A DNA stretch of 64,000 nucleotides, taken from positions 19,902,001 through 19,966,000 of the forward strand of contig OX597843.1 of assembly GCA_951406725.2 (NCBI GenBank). Direction: 5' to 3'. The notes under the pieces were generated by a model. It saw only the letters and a program-made list of their open reading frames with translations, did not search any database and was not told the DNA's origin. Origin of the DNA: Octopus vulgaris. Its lineage: Eukaryota. Each line of letters opens with the position of its first letter. Position 1 is the first letter of the stretch. Of the stretch, positions 22,890 through 36,371 are shown piece by piece. A program made the translations under genes and the position numbers.

Positions 22890-25800
22890 ATTCCTAAATA
22901 TAAATTTGTTACAATAAGAGAAATAAATATAATAATAATAAATAAAAATAAAGCATACAATGGCAAATTAAAAGACGAATTAAAATTCTAGCGAAATGTA
23001 CATAGAAGATAATAATTATACAATTTAAAAAATACAAGTTTACAAAGATACACAGAAGTCCCTCTACGGGGGTTTCGGAGACGCGCCAATTAAAATTAGT
23101 CATATCATATACTTAAAATTGGCACTCCCCTCATCAGGATATCCTATACATACAACACATAGTAAACGTGAACAAATACACAATTACATACCGGCCATAT
23201 TCAGAAACGAGACATTACGTACTCCCAAAAATTTTTATCCGATCATGAATGCTATTTTATATGCATATAATTCGATCCAGCAGCCATTGTAAATTTTATG
23301 CACACAGCGCCATCTGGACCATTTCAGTTCTGCACTTATTTTATTTTATTTTTCTTCAATCTTATAAGTTCTCACATACATGCAAAGCCACATATTCGGG
23401 TTCAAGTCCTTGACACATTTTATACTAATAGCTATTTTTTTCTTTTAATAATTACATTACTTTAATTTTATTTCATTTACTACTTACTAAATTTAATTCA
23501 ATTGTTATTGCTTAGCTCTAACTGTTATTGCTATTTCTATTTCTAAATTTCTTATAGAACGTCGAGTGGATCTTATGCGTACACGCCGGTATTGCATCAG
23601 TGAACTTATTTAACACTGCGTTGTTGTAATTTTTCAATATAGTATATGCTTCCATTATGGATAAACCGCATCTAGTGGACCCAATTCTATAGGGGGGCGT
23701 GTGCAATGATAGGCCATGATATTTTAAATTCAACATTCCTTTCCTTAAGGTCATTAACATGTAATGCCAATGTTGTAGAGGTCTTATATTTAGGATTGTT
23801 GAAAGAGCTCAGGTGGGATCGATACCTCTGCTTAAAGTCTACTGTGCTTCCAATATATATTTTTCTCTGGCCTCCTTGAGCCTCAACACTACATTTATAA
23901 ACTACATTTTCCTGGCGACAATTTCCGCTAATCGGACATACTGATGAGCCCCCTACAATTACATTTCTTCAACCTGCTACGGGGTCTCGTATTACTGATC
24001 ACTCCGAAACCATGCCCCCTCCCAGTACTAGGATCCACCATATCATTTACACCATCGTTCCTACTATTTTCCGGTATATGTATTGTTATATGTATATGTA
24101 TTATTATTCTTACTATTACCATCATTCTTATTTTTATTTTTACTAATATTTGTATTACCATTATCACTACAATTAACACTATTATTACCACCCTGATAAT
24201 CATTATAATCACTAATATCATCACCAACATCATTATTATGATTATCTCTACTATTTGTCATTCCAATACGCCCTTCATAATCGATTTCAGAAGACGTACC
24301 ATTAATATTACTACTATCTTCTGTCCTTAATGAATTTTCCATTAAAGCTTCTGTCATCGTTTCTATCATTATAGCGCCTTATTTTACTTCTGTTCAACGA
24401 AGCAACAATAGATCCGACATTGGGAGTGTCTGAGTAGGCCAACTTGATTGTTGACTTGTTACATATTGAATAGTACTTATGGTGTTTTGGGATATTTTCC
24501 TTCAATAACTTTAAAAATAGCTTTGGTAAACCTTTCACCCTTAATGAAAAGGGAGAGGCAAACCAAACAACTTGACGAATCCTAGACTTAGTATTAATAA
24601 TGGGATTACAATATGTTGCTCGACTTGACGTAAGGCCATTCCTGTATGTATTAGTAATATTTATATTTTTATTTTTACTACTATTAGTATTATTCTTATT
24701 CCTATTTTCAACTTCACTAGACCTAAGACCAACTTTAAAACCTCAATTCACATTTATGACTCCTATTATTTGCAACCCCTTCCCTCCCGTTGCTGTTATC
24801 ATCCATGGTATTTTCATCATTAGAATTCTCATTATTAACCTTATTAACGTGGTTACCATTTACAAAACCAACCACATCACATTTATTTCCCTTATTTCCA
24901 AATCTCATTTTATCAGCTTGTTGCAAGTTCCTTGGGGGATCATGAGGGGAGCCTCTGCTATCCGAAATCCGTTTCATATCGTCGCTGACCATGCTGGCCA
25001 ATTTAATTTTTAATTTTGTATTGTGTATGTATTCAATATTATCTGTGAACCCACTCAATTTTAAGGCATTGTTGTATATTGGGGCGTGTTGATTAAAGAT
25101 ATCTTTATTCGCCGATAGGTTTGAGATTCTGATAGACATTGCAGTTATAATGCTATTGATGGTTGATTTGGGATGATTTGAGGAAACATTGATATATCGG
25201 GAAAGTTTGGTTTGGTTTTCGGAAAGGGTAGTGTAAGCTAGTATTCAGATAGAGAGTGATGTCGAAGAAATTTGCCACTTTAGGATTATTCTCAAAAACG
25301 ATGCTCAAATTATAAAGGTCCTTGAGAGATTCTCTAAGGTCCTTTTTCATTCTTTCAATCTGAGGATTTGAATGATTAGAGAAGATGAATAATGCGTCAT
25401 CCCAATAAATCCCTTCGGATAGAGATGGGAAAAACCGCTTAAACTTGTCTAACAAAAATAGACCAACAATATCCGTTACTTGAGCCGAGTCCGATGATTC
25501 CATAGTGATGTCGAATAAAATAAAAGAATGCGATTTAGACCAGTGGTGCTTTCCATAATTTATCAGAGTCATTCTTGCTGCTTGAATAATATCAATATCT
25601 AGATTCGATATTTCAACAAAGTTCCGGGCTAAAATGATTGCTTTATTCAGTAAGATGGGAGAGATCGAGGAGTTGTAATTCGAAATATCAAATTGTACAA
25701 ATGACGATGAGTCATCACATTTAATTGTGTGAAACCTATATAAAATAGCATTGGTAGATTCCCATAAGGGCAACATCGTCCTTTCTCTTATCACTGTAAT

Positions 25801-26130
25801 AATTCTATCCAATATGGATTTGCTGATTCTACCCAAGTCAAATTTAGTTGGGCAAATTAATCGTATTTGGCAAGAAAATCTTTTTTATGGTCCTCTAGGG
25901 TGCAGTGCGAGGTCTAAGGATCGTAAGGTTGCGTGCAGTCAAGGATTCCCAATTCAGAAATTAAGTCGTAGTGTCTATTATTAATGTCGGTAAGAGCCGA
26001 TTTCTTGGCGATATTGTATTTAGCTTGCAGCTCTTTGGATATCAATTTATCATAAGTTTCATAAGGCACTGAATAAATATTGCCTGTTTTATCAGAAAGA
26101 ATGTGTAGATTAGGATCTAAATGTTGGGCT
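22890..26130 (-). mobile_element. Penelope-like element (RT, Asn-rich inserts, GIY-YIG, 3' pLTR), degenerate
   Basis: FVQFDISNY, GIYWDDAL, NFFDITL; GIY-YIG ENVVYKCSV...KIYIGST...FKQRY at ~23820-23915; hammerhead in the 3' part. Confidence 0.88.
23061..23141 (-). ncRNA. Hammerhead ribozyme motif in a PLE 3' pLTR
   Basis: CTGATGA, long stem II gggga-gtgccaatt/aattggcgc-g-tctcc, GAAAC-cccc-GTA; stem I is weak. Confidence 0.7.
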
Positions 26131-26238
26131 TTATAGATATAAATGAGTATATGAAGATTTGTATGTGTTTGGTCTTTCTGTGGCTTTTGTGATGCTCCTG
26201 TGGTTGTTGCTCGCATTGCCTCCCCTCGGATCAAAAAG

Positions 26239-26311
<73 letters not shown>

Positions 26312-26329
26312 TATACATATATATGTATA

Positions 26330-27400
26330 TATTGTTATATTTCGGAATGGTCATTTCGCCCGTTTAGCCAATAAAAAACACACGCACTATATATTTGGTG
26401 TTACTTTGCTTCAGTGTTATTTATTTTTTTACATTAATCTTAATCTTATTTCGGCCAAAGTTCTTTCGTCACACTCCTGTGACCGCATCAGTGGTCCTTT
26501 GTTTTCTTTTTTCTTATTTGTGTCTCTCCTTACTAAACGTCAGTAATTTTGTATTTCTATTGTATGTCTTCATTTGTGCATGTTTATATCTCTATGTGCG
26601 TCTATGATTATTTAGTGTGTGTGGGGGGATGCCTGTAATATTTGTATCTTCTGTTTATATACGTTGATGTAATTTGTTTTTGTTGTTGTTTTTGTTTATT
26701 CTTATTTTGTTCATGTGTTTACATCCACTAATTATCATTACATATGCTTGTAAGTATGTATATATGTATAAAAACAATACTAGTAATAATAATAATAAAT
26801 AGAAAAAAATATAAAATTGTTATTTATTTCTATTTGTTAATTTATCTGTGTATTTATTATGTTTTCGGGATCCTCTACCGTCATATATTGTGGTGTGTAC
26901 TAGTGTTCCATTCTAGTTTTCTATTCAGGCTAGGTTTATTTTCTATTATATGTGTAGCTTCTGTAATTTGTCTGATTGTTGCATCTGTTCTATGTGTGGA
27001 CAATATTTTAATTTCTATGTTGTTGTTTGAACCCCTGTGTTCCTGTTCGGCGTGTTGGTACAGAATCGATGAGCTTTTACCTTCCTTGAGTTGTCTCCAA
27101 TGACCATTTACCCGCACTCCTATGCTTATTGCTGTTTCCCCTACGTATGTCGTTGTCTTATTACTGCATCGCCCCTCTTCACATCTTATACTATAGACAC
27201 AATTTCTGGCTTTACAGGAGTGTGACGAAAGAACTCTGGCCGAAATAAGATTACGATTAATATAAAAAATAAATAACACTGAAGCAAAGTAACACCAGAT
27301 ATATAGTGCGTGTGTTTTTATTGGCTAAACTGGCAAAATGACCATTCCGAAATATAACAACATTTGTTTCAACACACGACTTCACATAAAAAATCTTGCA
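26330..27400 (-). mobile_element. PLE 3' fragment (GIY-YIG) with pLTR and inverted partial pLTR
   Basis: RNCVYSIRC...TYVGET...RVNGH in ORF 26881-27279; 26335-26480 is inverted at 27213-27360; hammerhead variant at ~26453-26496 (-). Confidence 0.8.
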
Positions 27401-27416
27401 CAACAAATACATAAAC

Positions 27417-27453
<37 letters not shown>

Positions 27454-27514
27454 TAAAACGGTAAGATAACAAAAGAAAGAAAGAGACCTCAATATTATGT
27501 AAATAGAGGAAATT

Positions 27515-27725
27515 TATCTATACAATAATATGTTACATTACTGGATAGTCAAGATAAAACTCTGAGTTTCAGATGCCAAAGTGGAAATCCACAACACCAT
27601 CTCTTCGGTTATCTGGCTATTTTCCAGATAACCGAAGAGATGGTGTTGTGGATTTCCACTTCGGCATCTGAAACTCAGAGTTTTATCTTGACTATCGAGT
27701 AACGTAACATATTATTGTATAGATA
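27515..27725. repeat. Near-perfect palindrome (102-bp arms, 7-nt spacer) of a hammerhead-bearing pLTR
   Basis: Arms 27515-27616 and 27624-27725; each arm reads agataa-CCGAAGA-gatg...catct-GAAACTCAGAGTT-ttatct. Confidence 0.9.
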
Positions 27726-27730
27726 TATAA

Positions 27731-27805
<75 letters not shown>

Positions 27806-28769
27806 GTATGTATGTATGTATGTATGCATATATGAGGAGGCAAAACTATATAAAAATTTGTTGTTCACGATGCACCTAAATTTGGATTTTTTAAAAATAA
27901 CCTTAATTGAATTGTTTTTAAATAACCTTATTTACATACATACCAAACTAGTTTCAACAATACTTTTTTAATAGTAAAAATTTAAAATAATGAACGAGAA
28001 AAAACATGTTTCAATGTTTACAAGTGTCAGTAATATGAAATATGATTTAAATATTCATAACATTCAATAATATAAAAAATGTGGAAGATCTTGTTTGAAT
28101 GCATAAAATTCAAAAGATCGATAAGAAATGTATATCATCAGAGTTTCGGACATACAGGGTAAAGAAGGAGAAAAACAAGGGAGAAATTGAGATAGTGGAA
28201 AAAGGGAAATCTTTGAGCACAGTCTCTGTGAATCATTGTCCGTCGTGTGCAAGGACTTTTGCTTGTAACGGCGTTTTTTGGAATTGGATGTGTTTACAAT
28301 TATTTCCGTGAACCGATCTGGTATTTGATTCATTAAATTACAGGTGACGTCTAATTTTTCTGGTGGGCAAGGTTGTTGTTCTGCCTGGTTGACTTCCCAT
28401 TGGGGGACGGGCATAAACCATTCCAGTTGGTTGATTCTCTTAAAGCGTCACTTTGTTGTGTTTGCTCAAGTTCGGTTCTGATCAGATCTAAAATGTCAAT
28501 GATTTATGTGACATCAGCAACTGGTGTTTATATGGTGGTATTGTATGGCGATTTGGATTTGCTATTTCGAAACACGCGTTGATGACTGGTACTAAAGATT
28601 TTTGAATTATGTCTGTTGCATCTCGATTTTTTATTGTGGAAAAATTGTTTCTTTTTCCTTTTTCTGTTTAGTGTTTAAACAGAGGTGAATAAGAGAGAAT
28701 GAATTAAACGATATTCTTTATTCCATAACACTACCATTGTATATTGTTCAGATGATATAAGTAATATAT

Positions 28770-28995
28770 AGTGCATGGATCAGTGGTTAGAGCGTGGAGC
28801 TTACAATCATGAGGTTGTGAGTTGGAATCCCGGACCGGGCTGGGTGTTGTATTCTTGAGCAAGACCCTTTATTTCGCGTTGCTCCAGTTCACTCAGCTGT
28901 AGAATTGAGTTGCGACGTCACAGGTTCCAAGTTGTATCGGCAGTTGCCTTTCCCTTAGATAGAGAGGGGAGGCCTGTATGCATGGGTGACTGCAT
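28770..28995 (+). mobile_element. tRNA-derived SINE (different family)
   Basis: A/B-box-like head tggatcagtggttagagc...gagttggaatccc followed by ttgctccagttcactcagctgt. Confidence 0.7.
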
Positions 28996-29399
28996 ACTCC
29001 CTCATTGTACATTTATATACTACCAAAATGTAACCTTTTTGAACTTATAATTTTCTGTGTGTATATATACAGATACAATACCAATTTTCCTCTGAACTTT
29101 TTAATAATTCTTTCTTTAAACTGTTTTTAACATTCTCTTTTTATTATCAAAGAATGTATATATGTATTGTAATCTTTTGTACCCAATATTTTAATGAACT
29201 TGTCAAATTTCTTTTATATTTTCCCAAGATTTTCCCTTGTAAACTGTGTTTAACATATTCTTATTATTATCAAAGAATGTATATATGTATTGTAATATTT
29301 TGTGACAACCAGTACCTAACACAACAAAGCGTTTACATGTTGCTTTTGACAATTCTTTCTAAATAACTGAAACCGGTCAAGCAGATAAACATTTTTTAA

Positions 29400-29965
29400 C
29401 ATTGCATTTTCAAACCTTCTTTGATATATAATTCCACTCGTGCGGTACCTTACAACTCGAAACATTACGTACGACAGTGGTTCTTACGTAATGTTTCGAG
29501 TGTATGGGCGCACGAATAAATCACAGCTTAATCCAGAGCATGTTCATCATATTTTTCCGATATCCTCGGTATTGTGTATTGGGAGATTATTCAGCGAGGA
29601 CGTTTGGGGAAAATGACCGGATCTGGATTCGCGAAGTATTGAATTTTTCACGACAAAAATGCACCTATCACCTCACTCGTAAGTTTCTTGCCAAAAACAA
29701 CATGCTATCGCTTTCGCATCTGCCCTATTCGCCAGATTTACCACCTGCTGACTTGCATCCGTTCCTCAAGATGAAAAATCAGCTCAGAGGTCGAGATCAA
29801 GAGCAAACTTAACATCATTGTCGAAGTCAAGAGGTCCTCGACTCGCCTATGGAAAACTAAGTCCAGGCCGGATTTCAAAAGTGTCAGAAAAGCTGGGGCA
29901 GTTGTATTATTGCTCAGGTAACATGAGTTACTTTTATTAAACATAGCTCGTTCAGAAAATTTATA
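29400..29965 (+). mobile_element. mariner transposon remnant
   Basis: FLAKNNM...HLPYSPDLPPAD motif in ORF 29504-29812. Confidence 0.75.
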
Positions 29966-30110
29966 TATACAACGGATTTCCTTCAGTTACCGTGAACCCA
30001 ATTAATTAACATACACGGGTTTGTTTTGTTGGAGAGCAGAGTACACGCAGAAGGACTGAATACAGAAGCAAAATTCCTATCACACAGCCATGCCAACGCC
30101 TAAGAATATG

Positions 30111-30141
<31 letters not shown>

Positions 30142-30383
30142 ATACAAAATACACACACACACGTGTGACGGAAATGGAAAATGGATTCTACGTGATACAT
30201 TAATCATTACTGCCGTTTCAACCCGTCTTCAATCGGCCCCTCACGGATGAGATAATGGTCGATTGGCCGCGGTGCATCTTTCTTTGCAGATGTTTCTCAT
30301 CAGTTGACATTTCAAAAAGTTCTCTGCTCAATAAACTCGGTTTCACTTGGTTCGATTATAATGTATTTCGTTAGTTAATAATC

Positions 30384-30439
<56 letters not shown>

Positions 30440-31246
30440 TTTAGTACGAATAAGGTGAAGAAGAAGAAAAAGAAGAAAAAGAAGAAGAAGAAGAAGAATA
30501 ACAACAACAACAACAACAACACTAATAACAACGAAGAAGTCGATGATGAAGAAAAAGTAATATAAGTAGGAAGAAAACAGTTAAGATGGACAAGCAAAAC
30601 AATAACAAGAAAATTTGGGAATGAGGATAGAAATGATAATAAAAATGTATCAACATAAGTAAAATTATCAGACATACACATAGACACAAACGTACGAGGG
30701 ACACACAAGACTTTGTTTTATGTTGTGGACGAGTAGCTACATTAACATCCTTCCTAAAGAAATTGAAACGGCATATGCAGCCATCAAAGTGGAAAGTCTC
30801 ACCAAATTGCCCCAGCTGTAGCTCACTGTACAAGTAGAAAATGACGACTACCAACTTCAGCACGTCATGTAATTGTAGAGTTTTAAATAACTCATATTAT
30901 AGAACCAGTATCTCAAAAAATTGAGGATGAATATATTTCTATACTTTCTTCTCTTGAAGTGAGTATAACTCTGCATAAATATATATTTCATAATATACCC
31001 ACCTATAGACACAAATGCAAACATACATATTCACGTATAATCGTACACTCATACATAAAAATGTTAGACATTTATGCAGACACATAGAGACACAAACACT
31101 CATTGACATCTTCATACACACTCTAACATGAAAATAGTAGCAGAACATTAGTTAGAGATAGAGAGAGAAAAAGGAAGATGAGAAGACATTAAGTTCCTAG
31201 AAAAATTTCGTAATTAAAATAATATCAAAACACTTTAGCAACTTAC

Positions 31247-31318
31247 AATGTGTGTAACCTTGGAAAGTTTTGAAAGGCTCCTTGTGGGATGGTTCTGATC
31301 TCATTTTTACCGAGATCT
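31247..31318 (-). CDS. 72-nt phase-2 exon of an LRR-containing protein (DLGKNEIRTIPQGAFQNFPRLHT)
   Basis: Acceptor gtgttttatttttcag and donor gtaagt on the minus strand; canonical LRR; joins the 15944-16015 exon in frame (TT+A = Leu). Confidence 0.87.
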
Positions 31319-31744
31319 CTGAAAAATAAAACACAATTCAAAAGAATGAGTATTAAAAAGAATTCTTATAAAATGTTATTTATTCTTGTATCTTTAGAAT
31401 CATATTAATAAAAAAGAGGACGGTGAAGGAGAAAATGGCCGAAATGATGTTGATGATGATGATGAGGAGGAGGAGGATTGCGATGTTGATTCTAAATGTT
31501 GTAATAATGACGGTGAGAAGGAAAAATGATGATGATTATTATCGAAAACGATGACAAACTTTGCCAATTGGTGATGACGACGTTGATTATTATGATGTTC
31601 ATAACGAAGGTGATGATGATTCTGCATGCTAGAAATAGCAGAGTAAATGAGGGAAGGAAATAGTTATGATGACAAGATAAATTATAACGATTAGTGAATA
31701 CGAATATATGATTAGCAGAAGGACTATGAATATGATAGCGCTGA

Positions 31745-31778
31745 AGATGATAATGATGATGATGATGATGATGATGAA

Positions 31779-31816
<38 letters not shown>

Positions 31817-31935
31817 CGATGATGATGATGATGATGATGATGATGACGATGATGATGATGATGATGACGATGATGATGGTGACGATGACGATGGTGACGA
31901 TCGTGACGATCGTGACGATCGTGACGATGATGATG
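31745..31935. repeat. (GAT)n trinucleotide repeat
   Basis: Direct reading; other triplet runs at 30375-30545 and 34380-34575. Confidence 0.97.
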
Positions 31936-32215
31936 AAATATGTGATGAAAAATTAGAAATTGATAAGATTAAGGAAAAAGGTGAAGGAAAATAAATGATA
32001 GAACGGATAAATATAGAGAAGAAGAAGAAGAAGAAGCGAAAATGATGAACAAGATGAATGTAGAGAAATATTGTGAAGAAGACAATAAATGCAGGAAAAG
32101 AAGATATATTAAGACAAGAAAAATAACGTGGAATATCAGAATGGGGAAACAAGTGGGAATAAAAGAATATTAATACAAATACTGTAGTCACACATCAAAC
32201 ACAAACATATATGTA

Positions 32216-32264
<49 letters not shown>

Positions 32265-33087
32265 TTTCACAACCCGCCATCGATTCAACTCGAACGAATT
32301 CCACTGGATTATGTGAATACTTTCTGCTACAATGGGAGCCATCTGTCAGCAAAGGCAGACCTCAGCGATGAAATCCAACACCGTCTGAAGTGTGCAGAAA
32401 CAGCTTTCGGCAAGCTTCGAACAAGAGATTTTGCTGATCGGGACATCCGAACCGAAACCAAACTCATGGTGTACAGGGCAGTCATTATTTCAACCCTCCT
32501 TTACGCATCCGAAACCTGGACCCCGTATAGTCACCACCTGAAAACGCTCAAGAAATTTCACCAACGCTGTCTTCGGAAGATCCTTAACATCAACTGGGAA
32601 GACAGAAGAACTAACGTCAGCGTGCTACAAGAAGCAAAAATGACCCGCATCGAAGCCTATGTCATCAAAGGCCAACTAAGATGGAGCGGTCACGTGGTTA
32701 GAATGACTGACGAACGACTTCCCAAAGACGGCAAGCATACAAAAGGAAGCCAGAAGAAACGCTACAAGGACTCCCTGAAACCGAACCTCAAAAAGTATGA
32801 CATTGACTTCAACTGGGAGGAAACGGCAAAAAACAGACCACTCTGGAAAACCACCATCCATGAGGGAACGGCGACTTTCGAGTAGAAAAGTTCTGCAGAG
32901 CTGGAAGAGAAAAGACGACGACGGAAGGAGCACCAACAACAACCACGTGCGACTCTCCCTTCCGCCACTAGATGTCTGCACTGCGACCGATCTTTTCCAG
33001 CAAGAATTGGTCTTATCGGTCACCTACGGACTCACAAGTATATTTGCGCGAAGACCATCATCCTCAACCTAGAGGGATTGCCATCGC
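32265..33087 (+). mobile_element. RTE-clade LINE 3' fragment
   Basis: VYRAVIISTLLYASETW, FHQRCLRKIL, LRWSGHVVRM and the C-terminal CLHC...GLIGHLRTH zinc finger; flanked by (TA)n. Confidence 0.9.
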
Positions 33088-33356
33088 ATATATATATATA
33101 TATATATATAATGTGAAATAGAAAGATGAATAATCTTGTTGTAGATTAATCAAAAGTTAACCGATACCTTAGTAGCAAAAATCACAGCAGTAAACAGCAC
33201 GGTTGGAGGTACAACCATCTGGCGTTGCAACCGTGCGTTGGTGCGGATAATTGAAATTAAAACATTATTGGTGAATTGAAGAAATGGAGCTGAACGCAGA
33301 TTGAACAGAAATCGTTTTATTTCGTTTTAAATCGTTTTATATATATATATATATAT

Positions 33357-33431
<75 letters not shown>

Positions 33432-33439
33432 TAGATATA

Positions 33440-33980
33440 TATACACATTTTAAGGATTGGTTTTGCAAGAATTTTGATGTGAAATCGTGTTTTAAAACAG
33501 ATATTGTTGTATTTTAGGAATGGTCATTTTGCCAGTTTGACCAATAAGAACACACGCACTATATATTTGGTGTTACTTTCCTTCAGCGTTATTTCTTTTT
33601 TAAATTAATCTTAATCTTATTTCGGCCAGAGTTCTTTCGTCACACTCCTGTGACCTCATCAGTGGTCCTTTGCTTTTTTCTTTCATATTTGTGTGTCTCT
33701 CCTTACTAACGGTCAGTCATTTTGTATTTTCTTTTTCTATTGTATGTGTCTTCATTTGCGCATGGGTATACCTCTATATGGGTCTATGTGTGTGTGTGTG
33801 TGGGGAAAGTGCCTGTAATATTTGTATCTCCTGTTTATATATGTTCGAAATAACTGTGGCCGAAATAACATTAAGCTTAATGTAAAAATTAAATAACACT
33901 GAAGCAAAGTAACACCAAAGATATAGTGCGTGTGATTTATTGGCAAAACTGGCAAAATGACCATTCCTAAATACAAGAAT
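33440..33980 (-). mobile_element. Solo PLE pLTR with inverted partial copy
   Basis: Same family as 26330-26660; 33505-33628 is inverted at 33857-33975. Confidence 0.75.
33624..33667 (-). ncRNA. Minimal type I hammerhead ribozyme
   Basis: Minus strand reads cca-CTGATGA-g-gtcac-aggagt-gtgac-GAAAG-aa-CTC-tgg. Confidence 0.75.
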
Positions 33981-34414
33981 ATATATATATATATATATAT
34001 ATACATATGTGTGTATGTGTGCGTGTGTGTGTGTGTGTGTATGTATGTGTGAGTGTGTGTGTGTACATACACACATCCACCTATATATACCTTATCAAAC
34101 CCTGATGTATAAACGCACACACTCACTTCCAGGCCACACATATATTCCCACTTTCTTACACACAGGCAAACATAAATTGAAAGACAATATGAATTGTAGA
34201 AGAATGAGGGTAAATAAAGAAGATAAGAGAGACATTTAGTTTGTGGAAATGACATTGGATGACATATCGTGATCTTATTATGAAGAAGATGACTAACATA
34301 AGAGAAAGTCTCCCGCCCCTAAGCCCTAGACCATCACCTAATCACTCTTATCCGTCTTGTTGCCCAAACCGCAACATCGACATCATCACCATCATCATCA
34401 TCATCATCATCATC

Positions 34415-34457
<43 letters not shown>

Positions 34458-35275
34458 ATAGTAGTAGTATTTGTAGTAGTAGAAGAAGAAGAAAAAGAAG
34501 AAGAAGAAGGAGATGATGATAACGATGATGATGATGATTATGAGGATAACGATGATTAGCAACAACAACAGCAACAACATTAAAACAACAATAAGAGAAC
34601 TGGCAGAAAATGTAGGAGCTGAAGAAAAGAATGATGTAAAAAATAAGGAGGAAACGAAGGAGTCTGTCATGAAGAAAACTTAAATATAATATTTCTGATC
34701 TTATAATAATTCTGCTTGACATTATGTTAATTAGTCCGTCGGTAACGCTTTCTCGTGATTAGAGAAAAAGAGGGAGAACGAAAAAGAGCGAAAGAGAAAT
34801 GTCCATGACCTGAGGTAGAAGGAACGTGACTGTAATGCTTTCACGTGATTAGTTGAATGGAATGAGAGACCGAGAGAAAGAGAAAGGAATGAGAAAACGA
34901 AAGTAAGTGGAAGAGTGAGGCAGAAAGAGAGGGAGAGGGAGAAAAGGGGAGAGAGAAAAGAGCGAGGGAGAAAAAGAGGGAGAGGACATGTGGTAGGGGG
35001 AACGTAATACTTATTACGTGACGAAAAAGTTAGTTGAAGGTAGTGATATTGAGGAGGGTTACGAATATAATTTTAGCAGAACGGTGATGTTCTGATGGTG
35101 AGATTAAAATAAGGCAGATAGGTAGATAAACTGAGAAAATGAGAGAAAGGGGGAGTGAGAGATGGTAGTAGTGGTGGTAGTGGTTGTGGTGGAAGTGGTG
35201 ATGATGAGTGTATAATGCAAAGTATCCCCTATCACTTAACACATGCTCATAAATATACACACTGATTTATGTACG

Positions 35276-35352
<77 letters not shown>

Positions 35353-36371
35353 CATATATTACAATTAAGAAATGTTTACACTATAATTAAAGTATATATA
35401 TTTTAATTAAAATAAAGTTGGACACAGTAAATTCCATCTCTACAAGATCCCGGTTGATGTTGTTACTGCTTCTCATACATTCTGCCGTTGGTTGCGCTTC
35501 CGCTATGGGGGAGATAGAAATTCGCAGTTTACGGTTATTTGATCCTTTTTCCAAAGCTGTGCTTATGATATAAGCAAATTACAAAACTTGACTGAAGAAT
35601 GGATAGATAAAGAAGATTAGAAGCTACTCGCGAGAGGGTTAGGCACTATAGGCAGCGGATAAGAGAAGAACAGCGGTAAGAAATCAGAGAAAGGGACAGA
35701 TGGTACCAACAGATGAGAGGATCTGCAATAGATGAAGAGCAACGCAAGGCACAATTGCAGTAAGAGAGATTACGAGACCAAGGTAGAAGACAGGATGAAG
35801 AAGAACAAACACAGTACAAGAAACAACAAAGATTGATATTTCAGCGCAGAATGGAAAACATGAATGATATGCAGCGTGCGCAATATCAGGACCAACAGAA
35901 AAATGTTATGTAACAGAGAAGGGAGAATATGGATGATTTGGAAAGGGCTGCTTGTCTCCAAGATCAAACATAGAGACATCAAGATGGAGTTGCAAGTATG
36001 AATGCTGAACAGGCGTTACGTTTGCGAGATGAACAGGTGCAACGAAAGCGTGAAGCAAGACATGGACTACCACTGAACAGACACAATAATCCTAAACGAA
36101 CCTATCGTATTGGTGATATGTACTTATATTGCGAGTTTTGTGGAGCACTGAACTTTAAATATGAAAACTTCATGTTCTGTCACAATAATAAAGTGAATTT
36201 TCCTCCACTGCAACTAAACTTTCAGACATTGAAGCGTTTGTCTGAGAAAATTACCAAGAGTCTGCTTCATTTCGAAAAAATCGTCAGCAATTACAACTGC
36301 ATATCTTCCTTTACGTCATTTGGTGTGACACTCTCTGTGCCGCAAGGAAGAGGTCTACATTGTTTCTGTAT

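Noticed and set aside
28770-28850. tRNA genes (also 7432 and 54585-54655)
   Set aside because: Degenerate heads continuous with SINE bodies or isolated remnants; no complete cloverleaf.
20280-32400. RTE at 17860-20412 and RTE at 32265-33087 as one split element
   Set aside because: They overlap in the FxYLGS region with clearly different sequence, so they are separate families.
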